In this document: positions 46,582 to 56,207 of the stretch, piece by piece
Position numbering within the stretch: the stretch's first letter is position 1
How the letters are laid out: every line of letters starts with the position of its first letter
Position numbers and translations under genes: made by a program
The notes under the pieces: generated by a model
Told to the model about the DNA's origin: nothing
Seen by the model: only the letters and a program-made list of their open reading frames with translations
Database searches by the model: none
Source of the DNA: a virus
Taxonomy: Duplodnaviria > Caudoviricetes
Length of the DNA: 64,000 nt
IMG/VR virus record: IMGVR_UViG_2896201746_000001
Coordinates: 32,001 to 96,000 of that record
Reading direction: 5' to 3' (one strand)

Positions 46582-47228
46582 TGACCCGTCGCCCCGTCAT
46601 CCTCTTCACGGGCACCCAGGGGTCGGGCAAGACGACCGTCGCCCGCGAGCTGGCGCAGCGCCTGGGCCTGCCGTTCTTTGGCAGCCGCGCCGGCGAGATT
46701 CATCGCCTCTACGGCGTTCACGCAGACGAGCAGATCGACATCAACCTGCGCCTCGCCATCCAGGAAGCGATCCTGGAGGCGTGGCGCAGCGACCGGGAGC
46801 AGGCCGAGCACACCGGCGGCGTCTTCGACCGCTGCCCGGTCGACTTCGCCGCCTATATGCTGGCCGACGTAAATCGGGAGATGAGCGAGCAGGCGAGCCG
46901 GGTTGCGGCTCAATATGTTCGTCTATGCCTATCGTTAACCGATGATGTAGGTCAAATCATTCTGTGCAAACCCCTGCCGGCCGTGATAGAAGATCGAGGA
47001 CGCGACAAGGCGAGCGCCGCCAATGTTGCCTATGGCCTGCATATCCACATGCTGATCGCCGGCTTCCTCGCGGAGCACGCGATCCCGCACGCTGTCCTCG
47101 AACCGGATGAGCTGGAGAGCAGGCTTGAGGCGGCGACCGGCCTTGTCGATGAGGGATTCGATAAGGAGGCCAACCGTGTCATCGTCGACCGTCTCACAGG
47201 AGCAGGAGCAGACCGGCACTTCCACTGA
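46581..47228 (+). CDS. P-loop nucleotide-kinase-like ATPase
   Basis: TGTQGSGKTT, DRCPVDFAAY. Confidence 0.8.
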   Translation: MTRRPVILFTGTQGSGKTTVARELAQRLGLPFFGSRAGEIHRLYGVHADEQIDINLRLAIQEAILEAWRSDREQAEHTGGVFDRCPVDFAAYMLADVNREMSEQASRVAAQYVRLCLSLTDDVGQIILCKPLPAVIEDRGRDKASAANVAYGLHIHMLIAGFLAEHAIPHAVLEPDELESRLEAATGLVDEGFDKEANRVIVDRLTGAGADRHFH

Positions 47229-47508
47229 GCGCCCGGTCGTCCAGACCCGAGAGATCATCGAGGACATCCACAAGGCGACAGGCATTGAGCGCGGAGAGAT
47301 CGGCAAGGTCTTGACCGCGCTCTACGATGCCTGCGCCAGCCGCTTGGCGAACGGCGAGGAGATCGACCTTCGCGGTTTCATGAAGATGACGATCCGCGAT
47401 TACCAGAGCCGAAAATACTACGTCCCGCCCAAGGAAGATTACATCGAGCGCGGCCCGTCGACACGGGTCAACATCGCTCTGGCAGGGGCGTTCAAGAAAA
47501 AGCTGTAA
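47176..47508 (+). CDS. HU/IHF-like DNA-binding protein
   Basis: EIIEDIHKATG...LANGEEIDLRGFMKM.IR...AGAFKKKL; RBS AAGGAGG before GTG. Confidence 0.75.
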   Translation: MSSSTVSQEQEQTGTSTERPVVQTREIIEDIHKATGIERGEIGKVLTALYDACASRLANGEEIDLRGFMKMTIRDYQSRKYYVPPKEDYIERGPSTRVNIALAGAFKKKL

Positions 47509-47517
47509 CAGAAGGAG

Positions 47518-47546
47518 AAGGCCGGGCACCGTCCCGGCCTTTTTTG
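47518..47546. terminator. Intrinsic terminator
   Basis: aaggccggg-caccgt-cccggcctt-tttt. Confidence 0.8.
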
Positions 47547-47628
47547 CATCTGCCCCTTAAATTCCCTGTTTGGCTTACGTCCAAACATATATGCGAGATG
47601 CCAAGCATCCTAACCTATATGAACATGC

Positions 47629-48186
47629 CTATTCGGCCGGGGTGTTTTCGTCGCTCTTTGCCTCAAGCAAACGTAAAAGAGGAGGCATAGGCGGCTTTTC
47701 TGGAAGAGGGCAGCTTGCCAGCCCAATTACTGAAATGTCCGCCCGCTCACAAAAGCTTCTCACATTTTTATCATCACTATAGATTACCTTTGCACCTGAT
47801 ACCTTGGCTATCGCCGCGATCTGCCGATCATACTTGATCTTGGCCCAAGTCCCGTCACCATCGCGCTTGCTGCCGGAGTCCAGCGCATATCGTGTCATAA
47901 TTGCAACCTCAACAGCAGCGGCAGCGCCAAAATCCTCGATCCTGAAGGCGCTTGACCTCTGTATTGCAGAGACAATCTTAGGGCCAGCCTTACCAGCTCT
48001 AACTAGAACTTCACTCAGCGCAGGGGCTGGTATAATAATTTTTGTCTTGTTCTTCTCAAGAGACGCAACAACTAACTGAACGCGCTCTGAGGCGAAGTCA
48101 ATTGGTTGCTGAGTTACAGGATCTTTGGGCGTGGGGGCGTCAGGCCAGAGGGCCAACATCATCATGGTTGCATCAAATACGACCAT
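47629..48186 (-). CDS. PIN-domain protein
   Basis: VVFDAT, PAPALSEVL, DRQIAAIA, YSDD; lower GC. Confidence 0.85.
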   Translation of the reverse strand: MVVFDATMMMLALWPDAPTPKDPVTQQPIDFASERVQLVVASLEKNKTKIIIPAPALSEVLVRAGKAGPKIVSAIQRSSAFRIEDFGAAAAVEVAIMTRYALDSGSKRDGDGTWAKIKYDRQIAAIAKVSGAKVIYSDDKNVRSFCERADISVIGLASCPLPEKPPMPPLLRLLEAKSDENTPAE

Positions 48187-48935
48187 CAGTGTAGCTCGCT
48201 CGGTCCGTTGCGGAGTATATCCAATTCAGCCCAAATGTCTTCGGACGTATGCCACTCGGTGTCAGGCATGGCCCTCAGTTCTTCCAGAACCTGGCTAAGT
48301 GGCCGGTCGTCCAAAGGCTCGAAACGACGAATTTGGAAACGATCAAGGCTCCATGTACCAGTTTCGCCGCGAATCCACTTTCCAGTACCGAACACTCTCA
48401 CCTGCCCCGTGAACAGATATTCGGCCAAGGCTTTCGCTGTTGGTCTGGCGGCCACGCAATTATATCGGTTCGCGCCAGCCTGCAAGTGAACTGGAACGAG
48501 ATCCTTAGGCCCTCCTACCATAATCACTTCGCCATCCAGACTTCCTTCCTGGGTGACGTGCGAATACCCCTTCTCTTCGATGGCCGCCTTACCAGGAAAC
48601 TGAATAATTTGAGCGCCACGCCCCAACTCAGTAATTTCTGCAACGCCGTTGTCCTCGGCGAGGCGGCGATTGATCGCACCAAATGCCTTCAGCGCATCGG
48701 TCGGGCCATCACCCGTGCGAACGCGGTCGATCCGCTCATCAACTTTGGGAACAGCTTCATCTTCGATAACGTAAGCTAGTTTGGTGCTGCCCTCTTCCAG
48801 GCGCACGAAATGCACGCTCCCGTTCTCGCCAAGAAACGTGGCAAGGTCAGTCATATACTCGGCGAGCCGAGACATAGGGATGGTGTCAGGAGTATATGCA
48901 CTGATCCTGAATGTATACTCGCGACCTTTAGGCAT
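48186..48935 (-). CDS. PIN-associated protein (possible C-terminal OB fold)
   Basis: Coupled to the PIN gene (TGATG); lower GC. Confidence 0.75.
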   Translation of the reverse strand: MPKGREYTFRISAYTPDTIPMSRLAEYMTDLATFLGENGSVHFVRLEEGSTKLAYVIEDEAVPKVDERIDRVRTGDGPTDALKAFGAINRRLAEDNGVAEITELGRGAQIIQFPGKAAIEEKGYSHVTQEGSLDGEVIMVGGPKDLVPVHLQAGANRYNCVAARPTAKALAEYLFTGQVRVFGTGKWIRGETGTWSLDRFQIRRFEPLDDRPLSQVLEELRAMPDTEWHTSEDIWAELDILRNGPSELH

Positions 48936-49231
48936 GTTGCCTTTAAGCCTCCTTATTCAGGGCCAGTGCGGCCGACGATTCCATGCTCCACAAAATCGAC
49001 CTCGTTGCCCTGGAAATTTGGGCCGAAAGAGCGAAGAAGATAAGATCTTCTCGCTGGCTGTATGGTGCCGTTCCGGTTTGCGTTTTACAAGCATATAACG
49101 CTTATGCTTTATGCGCCGTCGCATATTCGCAAGGGACGCATTTGCTCGATGGTGGGCATCAACTCGTCTATTGTCTTGTCAGTCAGCGATGATGCTGAAC
49201 GTCGTTCCAATAGCGATTGTGTGGGTGTCCG

Positions 49232-50488
49232 ATGAACGCTATTCCCGCTGCCGCCATGAGCCTCGACGAGATCGAGCAGGTCATCAACGCCGCGACCGAG
49301 ACCTCCAGCCCCGTGCAGCCCGCCAGTGCCGATCTGTCGGCCTTCCGCGCGCCGGAGCCGGGCGAGGCCACCCCGCAGCCCGCCGCGTCCGACGAAGTCA
49401 CCTCGATCGAAGCGGAGCTGCGCGAAATCCTGGGTGCGCCCGTCGCCGAACCGGCCCCAGCGCCCGAGCCTGTCCCACAGCCGATCGCCGATGCAGCGTC
49501 GCAGCCGGCCGAGCCGGTGGCCGAGCAGCCCGTCGCCGAAACCCCGGCCGAACAGCCGGCCCAGGATGGGCAGAGCCTGATCGAGGCGATCACGAACGAG
49601 ATCAAGGCCGACGAGCAGGCCTCCGGCAGCGCCGAGCCGGCCCCGCTGATGAGCGACGACGACGTCACGGCGCTCGGCGAGTTCCTGCACGGCGCGATCA
49701 AGAAGATGATCGACGCCGGCAGCATCGCCAGCTACACCGAGCACCCGACGATGCAGAATCCGCCGGCGAGCTGGACGGCCGGCAGCTTCAAGAAGGCGAT
49801 CGCCTTCTTCAACCAGGGCACCGGCCGCAGCTTCGTCGTGCCGGACGACGACGAGCAGGCGCTGGCCTTCGCGCCCTTTTTCGAGCGCGCCATCGCCATC
49901 ACGACCGGCCTGTTCTCCGGTAAGCCGGTCAAGCAGAAGAAGCAGGCCGGCGAGAAGGCCCAGAAGCAACCGAAGGAGAAGAAGCAGCCGGAGCGTGTCG
50001 CGGCCGAGGTCTTCAAGGTAGCGCTGGCCAACGTGGCGCTGCCGGAAGAGCGCACGGCGAAGGTGGTGCTGCCGACCTGGCTGTATCTCGACGCCGACCC
50101 GGCGAAGATCACCAAGCGCAAGGGGCACCAGATCGACCCGTCGCGCGCCGCGAGCTGCATGCCGGTGATGCCTAACGCCCTGCTGATGGACGACACCGGC
50201 AACCCGTACCCGAACGACCCGGCGCACCCGACGATCGTCACCTTCGGCGACTGGGCGAAATACGTGAAGATCGGGCACGCGGTCTTCGAGCTGCTGAAGG
50301 AGCAGACCGAGGTGAAGGCGCGCGACGGCAAGTTCATCGGCGAGGTGCTGAAGCGCGCCGGCCTGCCGCAGGACACCAAATACGCCGAGGCCTCCGTCGT
50401 CGACGCCCTGCGCGATCTCGCCTGCTGCGGCTATGCGGTGCAGTTCCTGGAGGGCCGCACCCGCATCTTCCGCATCGCCGAGGAGTGA
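49232..50488 (+). CDS. Hypothetical protein with Pro/Ala/Glu-rich N-terminus and possible C-terminal winged helix
   Basis: Codon bias; operator motif upstream. Confidence 0.75.
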   Translation: MNAIPAAAMSLDEIEQVINAATETSSPVQPASADLSAFRAPEPGEATPQPAASDEVTSIEAELREILGAPVAEPAPAPEPVPQPIADAASQPAEPVAEQPVAETPAEQPAQDGQSLIEAITNEIKADEQASGSAEPAPLMSDDDVTALGEFLHGAIKKMIDAGSIASYTEHPTMQNPPASWTAGSFKKAIAFFNQGTGRSFVVPDDDEQALAFAPFFERAIAITTGLFSGKPVKQKKQAGEKAQKQPKEKKQPERVAAEVFKVALANVALPEERTAKVVLPTWLYLDADPAKITKRKGHQIDPSRAASCMPVMPNALLMDDTGNPYPNDPAHPTIVTFGDWAKYVKIGHAVFELLKEQTEVKARDGKFIGEVLKRAGLPQDTKYAEASVVDALRDLACCGYAVQFLEGRTRIFRIAEE

Positions 50489-50571
50489 GCCTCCCCGCAA
50501 TATCAACGGCTTGGTGCGGCCTGCTCATCGACGAGGTGAGCAGGCCGCAGCCCTTTGTGCGTCATCCCCTG

Positions 50572-51069
50572 TCAGCCAAATATCTTCACATACTCATCGA
50601 CGGACAAATGATCTTCGCACCATGAACGAAATTCTTCGGCCGAATAAAAAGTGTGAGGAACCCATTTCCTGGTTGCAAATAATGAACCCCTCTTTATTAC
50701 ATCATGGGTTTCATTTTCTTCGCCTTTGTAGTTCTGGACGCACAAAAAATATACGCCGTCAATATTTTTGTATAACAATCCATACACGCTTTTGTATTTT
50801 GCTATTGGATTGTTTGCATTAGAATCAGCAATGACAGCACTGCGCACCCTGCTATGAACAGCCGCTCTTGTTATGGCATGTTCTGTAAAATGATCCTCAA
50901 ATAGCCACTTGACAGGAACATGGGCGATCAGGGCAGACTCATCTGCAAAGCATTTAACGCCGTTCTTTATTTCCTTAAACCCTTTGATAGATTTAAGTCT
51001 TTCCTCCCTCAGCGCATCTCCAAATTCCGAAGTGATCTCAGAAACCTTGTTTATAATCCAGTTAAACAT
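50572..51069 (-). CDS. Low-GC inserted hypothetical protein
   Basis: AT-rich ORF opposite to the backbone strand. Confidence 0.65.
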   Translation of the reverse strand: MFNWIINKVSEITSEFGDALREERLKSIKGFKEIKNGVKCFADESALIAHVPVKWLFEDHFTEHAITRAAVHSRVRSAVIADSNANNPIAKYKSVYGLLYKNIDGVYFLCVQNYKGEENETHDVIKRGSLFATRKWVPHTFYSAEEFRSWCEDHLSVDEYVKIFG

Positions 51070-51243
51070 GATTATTCCTCGGGAATACTTCTATCGGATT
51101 GATCTTATAAAATTATAGTCAATCCGTCAAAGATTCATGGCGGAGGCTCCTGGCCGCGTTTAGCGTAGTTTTTCGGCCGTTCTATGGTGTCGCCCCTTCC
51201 AGGCATAATGCCCGCCGACGACACGACAATGGATTCCCCAGGA

Positions 51244-51444
51244 ATGAAGATCGAGAAGATCCCAGGCTTCGGAGCGCTGGAAATCTGCAAGGACACCGGC
51301 GATCTGGCCTTCACCATCCCCGAGCGTCTGCTCGACCATCCCGACCTGCTTCGCGACCTGTTGAAGCTGGCCGAGGCCGGCGGCGGGAAGGCGATCAGGA
51401 CGGTCGAGGTCAATGGCCGGCATTGGGTGCAGGTTCCCGAATGA
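51244..51444 (+). CDS. Small hypothetical protein
   Basis: MKIEKIPGFG...; ATGA overlap with the next gene. Confidence 0.55.
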   Translation: MKIEKIPGFGALEICKDTGDLAFTIPERLLDHPDLLRDLLKLAEAGGGKAIRTVEVNGRHWVQVPE

Positions 51445-51854
51445 TCCGGAGTTGGTCAGAGCATGCCCGCGACTTTGCCGACGAAGCGCATGAGGCTGTC
51501 CGCAAGGTCGCCGAGCGGCACGGCATTCACGTCACGATGAAGCCGATCGCGCCCAGCCGCGGCGCGACGCTGACCCTGACGATGAAGGCGCATCTCACCG
51601 AGCCGAAGCTCGACGGCATGGCCGGCGTCTTCCTCGGCACCCACCGTCAGCTCGGCCTGGACCGCGAGGATCTCGGCCGGCGCTTCGCCTGGAAGGGCAG
51701 GGTGGCGAAGCTGGTCGGCGCTGACTTCGGCGAGCGCCCGCTCATTGCCCAATTGCCCGATGGCTCAATGGAGCAATTGACGACGGACGAGTTCAAGGCG
51801 GGCTGCCGCGCGCTCGCCGACGGCGAGATCGAGCAGCTCGACGGCGACTGGTGA
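51441..51854 (+). CDS. Hypothetical protein ending LDGDW
   Basis: GLDREDLGRRFAWKG phage-type segment. Confidence 0.65.
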   Translation: MIRSWSEHARDFADEAHEAVRKVAERHGIHVTMKPIAPSRGATLTLTMKAHLTEPKLDGMAGVFLGTHRQLGLDREDLGRRFAWKGRVAKLVGADFGERPLIAQLPDGSMEQLTTDEFKAGCRALADGEIEQLDGDW

Positions 51855-51966
51855 GGCGACGAAAAAGAGTGACAGCCCATCATATCCTCATGTATTATCA
51901 CTAAGCGCTGACAGATAGCGCGCCGCAGCCTTGCCGCCCCAGCCCATTCAATGACAGGAGACTTCG

Positions 51967-52149
51967 ATGCCGTCCCCGCGGCTGACCTCCCCGCTTGAGT
52001 TCTACAACATCCTGGACGCCCACCGGGCCGCGAGCCGGATGATGCAGGAAGACGGCCTGGACCGCCGGATCAAGGCGATCACGGTGGGGCAGGTGACGAA
52101 GTACCGCATCGAGCTGATGCCGGCGCAGCCCGTCCTGCAGGCTGCCTGA
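51967..52149 (+). CDS. Small hypothetical protein
   Basis: RBS AGGAGA. Confidence 0.6.
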   Translation: MPSPRLTSPLEFYNILDAHRAASRMMQEDGLDRRIKAITVGQVTKYRIELMPAQPVLQAA

Positions 52150-52177
52150 TCCAGCCCTCCATCATCGAGCGACGACC

Positions 52178-52651
52178 ATGAATCCCATCGACGTGTTGAG
52201 CAGCCGGCAGCGCCAGCTCTGCGAGCTTGCCGCCCAGGGCAAATCGAACAAGGAGATCGCCCGCGATCTGGACATCACCGAGCACACGGTGAAGGTCCAC
52301 CTGAAGAACGCCTATGCGCTCCTCGGCATCGACCGCCGAACCGAGCTGGTCGGCCTGTTCCCGCCGCGTGCGCGCTCCGGCCGCGACATCATCGACCTGT
52401 CGGATCCGGTCGCGAACGCCGTTCCGGTCGACCGGGTGATCGACGACGAGACCGACCGCAACATCGTCGCGCTGGTCGCGGCCGGCAGCTCCAACCAGGC
52501 CGTCGCCCGGGGAGTCAGGGTGTCGCTGCCGACGGCGAAGAACCGCGTGCGCATCCTGATCCGCCGGGCCGGCGTGCGCAACCGCACGGAGCTGGCCCGC
52601 TGGTGGGCGGCGAACGCGACGAAGTTCCAGAGCATGCAGGAGTGCGCCTGA
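52178..52651 (+). CDS. Tandem LuxR/GerE-type HTH regulator
   Basis: LSSRQ...GKSNKEIARDL.ITEHTVKVHL and a second GSSNQAVA...TAKNRV...RNRTEL. Confidence 0.88.
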   Translation: MNPIDVLSSRQRQLCELAAQGKSNKEIARDLDITEHTVKVHLKNAYALLGIDRRTELVGLFPPRARSGRDIIDLSDPVANAVPVDRVIDDETDRNIVALVAAGSSNQAVARGVRVSLPTAKNRVRILIRRAGVRNRTELARWWAANATKFQSMQECA

Positions 52652-52971
52652 TGCAGACGTTCTACTGCGCAGTCATCACGCGCGACGCACTGCGTCTGGA
52701 GTTCTCCCTGCGCTCTCCAGAAGCGCTTGAAGACGCTATTGCGTCTGCGCTGCATGCTCGCTGTCTGACGCTCGACGACGTGACGGTGAACAGCGGCGTC
52801 GTCTATGCCGAAACCCTGCAGACGGCGGCCGGCATGGTCGCGGCCGGCGTGCTCGACGGGATCGACGCCAGCAGCAGCGCGCACGACCGGGCGTTGGCCT
52901 TCGCTGGAATCATTGCGGCGGCCCGGCGGATCGGGTATCAAATAACCGGCTGGAAGCCGATCGACGAGTGA
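52651..52971 (+). CDS. Hypothetical protein
   Basis: TGATG coupled, MQTFYCAV. Confidence 0.55.
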   Translation: MQTFYCAVITRDALRLEFSLRSPEALEDAIASALHARCLTLDDVTVNSGVVYAETLQTAAGMVAAGVLDGIDASSSAHDRALAFAGIIAAARRIGYQITGWKPIDE

Positions 52972-53241
52972 TCGCCCGGCCGCTTTTCCCTCCTGAAATT
53001 CAAAATCCTCCCGGTCAGCGACCCTGGCCCGGGAGGATGGCCGCCGCACATAAGTGCCATTATGGAAATATTCCTACGGATATAACGGTAAATTTCTCCC
53101 GTCTTTGCGGTGCTTTTCAAAAGCCTTAAAAGCTAACTAATATATATACTTATAATAGAATAATGATTGGAAGAAAGGGCTTCGCAGTTGCCCTTTCCCT
53201 TACTCCATTCTAAAGGATGGGCACCGCTCCCGGAGGCTTCG

Positions 53242-53502
53242 ATGAAAACAACCAAGACCGCGCGCAGTGTTAGACTTCCAGATCGCCGGACCACGATCGA
53301 GATGGAGGACGAGTTCTGGGATGCTCTTTACGAAATTGCCGGTCGACAGAACATCGGCCTGGACGAACTGGCCGGCCGGCTCGATCAGCGCCGGGGCGAC
53401 AACACGCTGACGACGGCCTTGCGCGTCTATGCGGTCTCCTACTACCGTTCGGCCGTGAGCGCCCAAGAGACCGGCGCGGCCACGACGCCTCGCATTAACT
53501 GA
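53242..53502 (+). CDS. Ribbon-helix-helix protein
   Basis: RSVRL..RRTTIEMEDEFWDALYEIA...LTTALRV. Confidence 0.85.
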   Translation: MKTTKTARSVRLPDRRTTIEMEDEFWDALYEIAGRQNIGLDELAGRLDQRRGDNTLTTALRVYAVSYYRSAVSAQETGAATTPRIN

Positions 53503-53525
53503 CGATACGCCCAGGAAAACCAGCC

Positions 53526-53978
53526 ATGGCACGCGCATTCAAAACCGGCCTCTGCGTGGCAATCGCTGCCGCCTCCCACTGTTTTATCCCATCTTCGCTG
53601 TTAGCCGCTGGCAAGCCAACAGGCGCTTCAGTTGAGAGCCCCTATTATTCGGGAGCCAAGCTCCGGGAGCTGGTTGACCACTATATGGTCCTCAATAGTC
53701 CCGCTTATGATAAGCTACAGGACAGACATAAAGTCGTTTACGCAATTCATGCTGCCGAATTTCAAGGCTTCGCTATTGGAATGCTGTATTCGGCCACTGG
53801 GAAAGATCCTTCAGCCTGCCTGTCGTGGCAAAGTCGCAACGAATATGTTGCGAAGTTTGCGATGGCCGTGCGCGATACTATGGCCTATCAGCACGAGAAC
53901 GACCAGCCCGGACCATTTATTATCTTCGCTGCTTCAGATATAGCCTGCGATCAAAGTGCCTGGAAGAAGAAGCAATAG
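53526..53978 (+). CDS. Exported hypothetical protein
   Basis: Signal-peptide-like N-terminus; lower GC. Confidence 0.6.
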   Translation: MARAFKTGLCVAIAAASHCFIPSSLLAAGKPTGASVESPYYSGAKLRELVDHYMVLNSPAYDKLQDRHKVVYAIHAAEFQGFAIGMLYSATGKDPSACLSWQSRNEYVAKFAMAVRDTMAYQHENDQPGPFIIFAASDIACDQSAWKKKQ

Positions 53979-53994
53979 CCGCTACTGGCGGTAA

Positions 53995-54222
53995 TTAGAA
54001 GTCCTTCACGCCCCAGGGCAGCTCTGCGAAGTCGATACGGCGTCGGTCGATCGCCGGCGTCTTCTGCACGATCCCTGACTCGGTGGCGCGTCCTGGCGTC
54101 GGTTTCGGTGCCGGGCGGGGTGCGCTCGCTGCAGGCGGGACTGCTCTGGCGGCGCGCTCGACGTCCGCCCAGCTCCAGACGGCCCGGCTGCGCCGCCGCT
54201 TCGGTTTTCCATCATCGGTCAT
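53995..54222 (-). CDS. Small hypothetical protein
   Basis: RBS AAGGAG upstream on the minus strand. Confidence 0.5.
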   Translation of the reverse strand: MTDDGKPKRRRSRAVWSWADVERAARAVPPAASAPRPAPKPTPGRATESGIVQKTPAIDRRRIDFAELPWGVKDF

Positions 54223-54418
54223 GGTGTGGCTCCTTTAACATCTTCCCGTATGCCTTTCCATGACAACCTTAAATCCCGTGTATGCCAACGAACGTCTTTG
54301 CCACCTCCGCTGACGCCGAGGCCTGTGCCTGCTCGTTCCGCTGTCCCTTCACTACTTTTGCCTGTTCGTGCTACAAGACGGGGTGATGGCCAGTATCGGC
54401 CAACCTAGGGAGGACACC

Positions 54419-54691
54419 GTGCCCATACCTCTGAACGATGTGCAAGAAGGGCTTTGCTATAAGACTCCAGGCGACCAATACCGGAGGGTGGTGAAGATCG
54501 AAAAGAGCAGCTCTGGCGACAGCGCCGACGACACCGTGATCTATGAGTCGTGGGGTGGTAACAAGGGCAATTCCAGCGGCCATCTCCCCAGGACGAAGGC
54601 CAAAAGAAAGACATTCGCCGGTGATGTTGATAGTACCATCGCGTGTCCAACTTCGATGCGTCCCCTGGGAACGGTTCAGTCGGAGCTGTGA
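54419..54691 (+). CDS. Small hypothetical protein
   Basis: RBS GGAGG before GTG. Confidence 0.55.
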   Translation: MPIPLNDVQEGLCYKTPGDQYRRVVKIEKSSSGDSADDTVIYESWGGNKGNSSGHLPRTKAKRKTFAGDVDSTIACPTSMRPLGTVQSEL

Positions 54692-54820
54692 TCTCTTTCG
54701 CCGAGTGGCGGAAGCTTAGATATAGACCCTGTAGAACTGGTTGGCTGTGCGGAGGCTTTTTGTTCGGCTCTCCGCGCAGCCATCGCGGCAAAATGACGAC
54801 CGCTCAATCATCTGCGCGCC

Positions 54821-55084
54821 TTGTGCAAAGAGTACCGGTGGCGTTTCCCCGGCAGGCGGCATAAGACAGAAGTCCTGATACCCGAGCTGGAGCGCTCCGA
54901 GTCGCTGCTGGCGGCCGGCGGGTTGCGGCCCTTCGCCAACTGCACGCCCTTCAAAGAGCTGCCGGTGTTCGACGCCTACCGGGCCACGCTGCGCGAGAAG
55001 TGGCGCAACGACGGGCCGGCAGCGCGCTGGACGAACTGGCGCAGGCCGGACTGGGCAAGGGTCGAGGTTTCTATCTTCCTATAG
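54821..55084 (+). CDS. Hypothetical protein or gene remnant
   Basis: 3' half has host-like codons; 5' start poor. Confidence 0.4.
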   Translation: MCKEYRWRFPGRRHKTEVLIPELERSESLLAAGGLRPFANCTPFKELPVFDAYRATLREKWRNDGPAARWTNWRRPDWARVEVSIFL

Positions 55085-55150
55085 ATTCTTCGTGACAAAC
55101 GGAGTACATCTATCGCATTATCAGTGAGCGCTTAACGATAAGAGGAGAAC

Positions 55151-55540
55151 ATGAGCACTCCGCATGCCCGTGTCGCCGACCCGATCACCAGCGACACCAT
55201 TCCCGATTTCCTCAAGGGCTGCTGCCCGGTTGGCCCCTTCCTGTTCCTGACCGAGGGCCACGAGCCGATCATCGAGTTCGCCAAGCGGCTGAAGCCGATT
55301 TTCCCGGCGATTCGCGGCTTTCATTGCAGCGACGCCAGCATGACCGATCGCGGCGTCGTCATCACCGCCTCGCTGATGTTCGCCACCGAGGCCGACGCCG
55401 AGGTCTTCTCCGGCAAGCTGCTGGGCGGCGATCCCGTCATCGTCGAGCCGTATGTCGAATGCGCCTTCAAAGACGAGGCCGATCGCGCCATGCTTCGCTC
55501 GCAGTTCGTGACGCTGCTGACCAAGCCCATCGCCGCGTGA
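55151..55540 (+). CDS. Hypothetical protein
   Basis: RBS GAGGAG; operator motif upstream. Confidence 0.7.
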   Translation: MSTPHARVADPITSDTIPDFLKGCCPVGPFLFLTEGHEPIIEFAKRLKPIFPAIRGFHCSDASMTDRGVVITASLMFATEADAEVFSGKLLGGDPVIVEPYVECAFKDEADRAMLRSQFVTLLTKPIAA

Positions 55541-55545
55541 TCGCC

Positions 55546-55824
55546 ATGCTGCGCCCGTTCCTCATCGTCTTCCTGATCGCCGCTGCCTGGCCGGCCGTCG
55601 CCAACGAGCGCGCCACGATCCGGGACCGCGCAGGCCGCGTCCAGGGGCATATCGTCGAGCGGCCGGATGGCCGGGTCGTGATCGAGGACACCCGCGGCCG
55701 TGAGAAGTATGAGGTGCTGGTTCCGCGCGAGCGCGTCGATACCCGCACCACCACCGACCCTGCCGAGCGCCACTACCAGGACACGCTCGATACGATTATG
55801 GGCCGGCCCTGGAGCCGGAAGTAA
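55546..55824 (+). CDS. Exported small protein
   Basis: MLRPFLIVFLIAAAWPAVA signal peptide. Confidence 0.65.
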   Translation: MLRPFLIVFLIAAAWPAVANERATIRDRAGRVQGHIVERPDGRVVIEDTRGREKYEVLVPRERVDTRTTTDPAERHYQDTLDTIMGRPWSRK

Positions 55825-55838
55825 AGGAGGTTCGCTCA

Positions 55839-56207
55839 ATGGAGCGCATCATCACCCTCGCCGTCCGTTCGCTGACCGAGGATGCCCTCGGCACCGCCCT
55901 GGGCGAGCTGCGCGCGGCCGTCGGCCGCATCAACGATCTGCCGATCAAGTCGGCCATCGAGTTCGTCGAAGCGCCGCCGGGCGTCCTCGAACGCGGCCTG
56001 ACCCCGCGCGAGGCGCAGGTGCTCGATTGCGTGGTCGAGGGGTTGAGCGGCAAGGCGATGGCCCGCCGGCTCGGCATGTCCGAAGGCACGGTGAAGTGCC
56101 ATCTCAACAACCTCTACCGCAAGACCGGCTCGGCCAACCGCACCCAGCTCGCCATGTGGGCGACGCGCAACCGCCCGGCCCGGCAGCCGGAGGCCCTGTC
56201 CGCATGA
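55839..56207 (+). CDS. LuxR-type HTH regulator
   Basis: LTPREAQVL...GLSGKAMARRL.MSEGTVKCHL. Confidence 0.88.
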   Translation: MERIITLAVRSLTEDALGTALGELRAAVGRINDLPIKSAIEFVEAPPGVLERGLTPREAQVLDCVVEGLSGKAMARRLGMSEGTVKCHLNNLYRKTGSANRTQLAMWATRNRPARQPEALSA

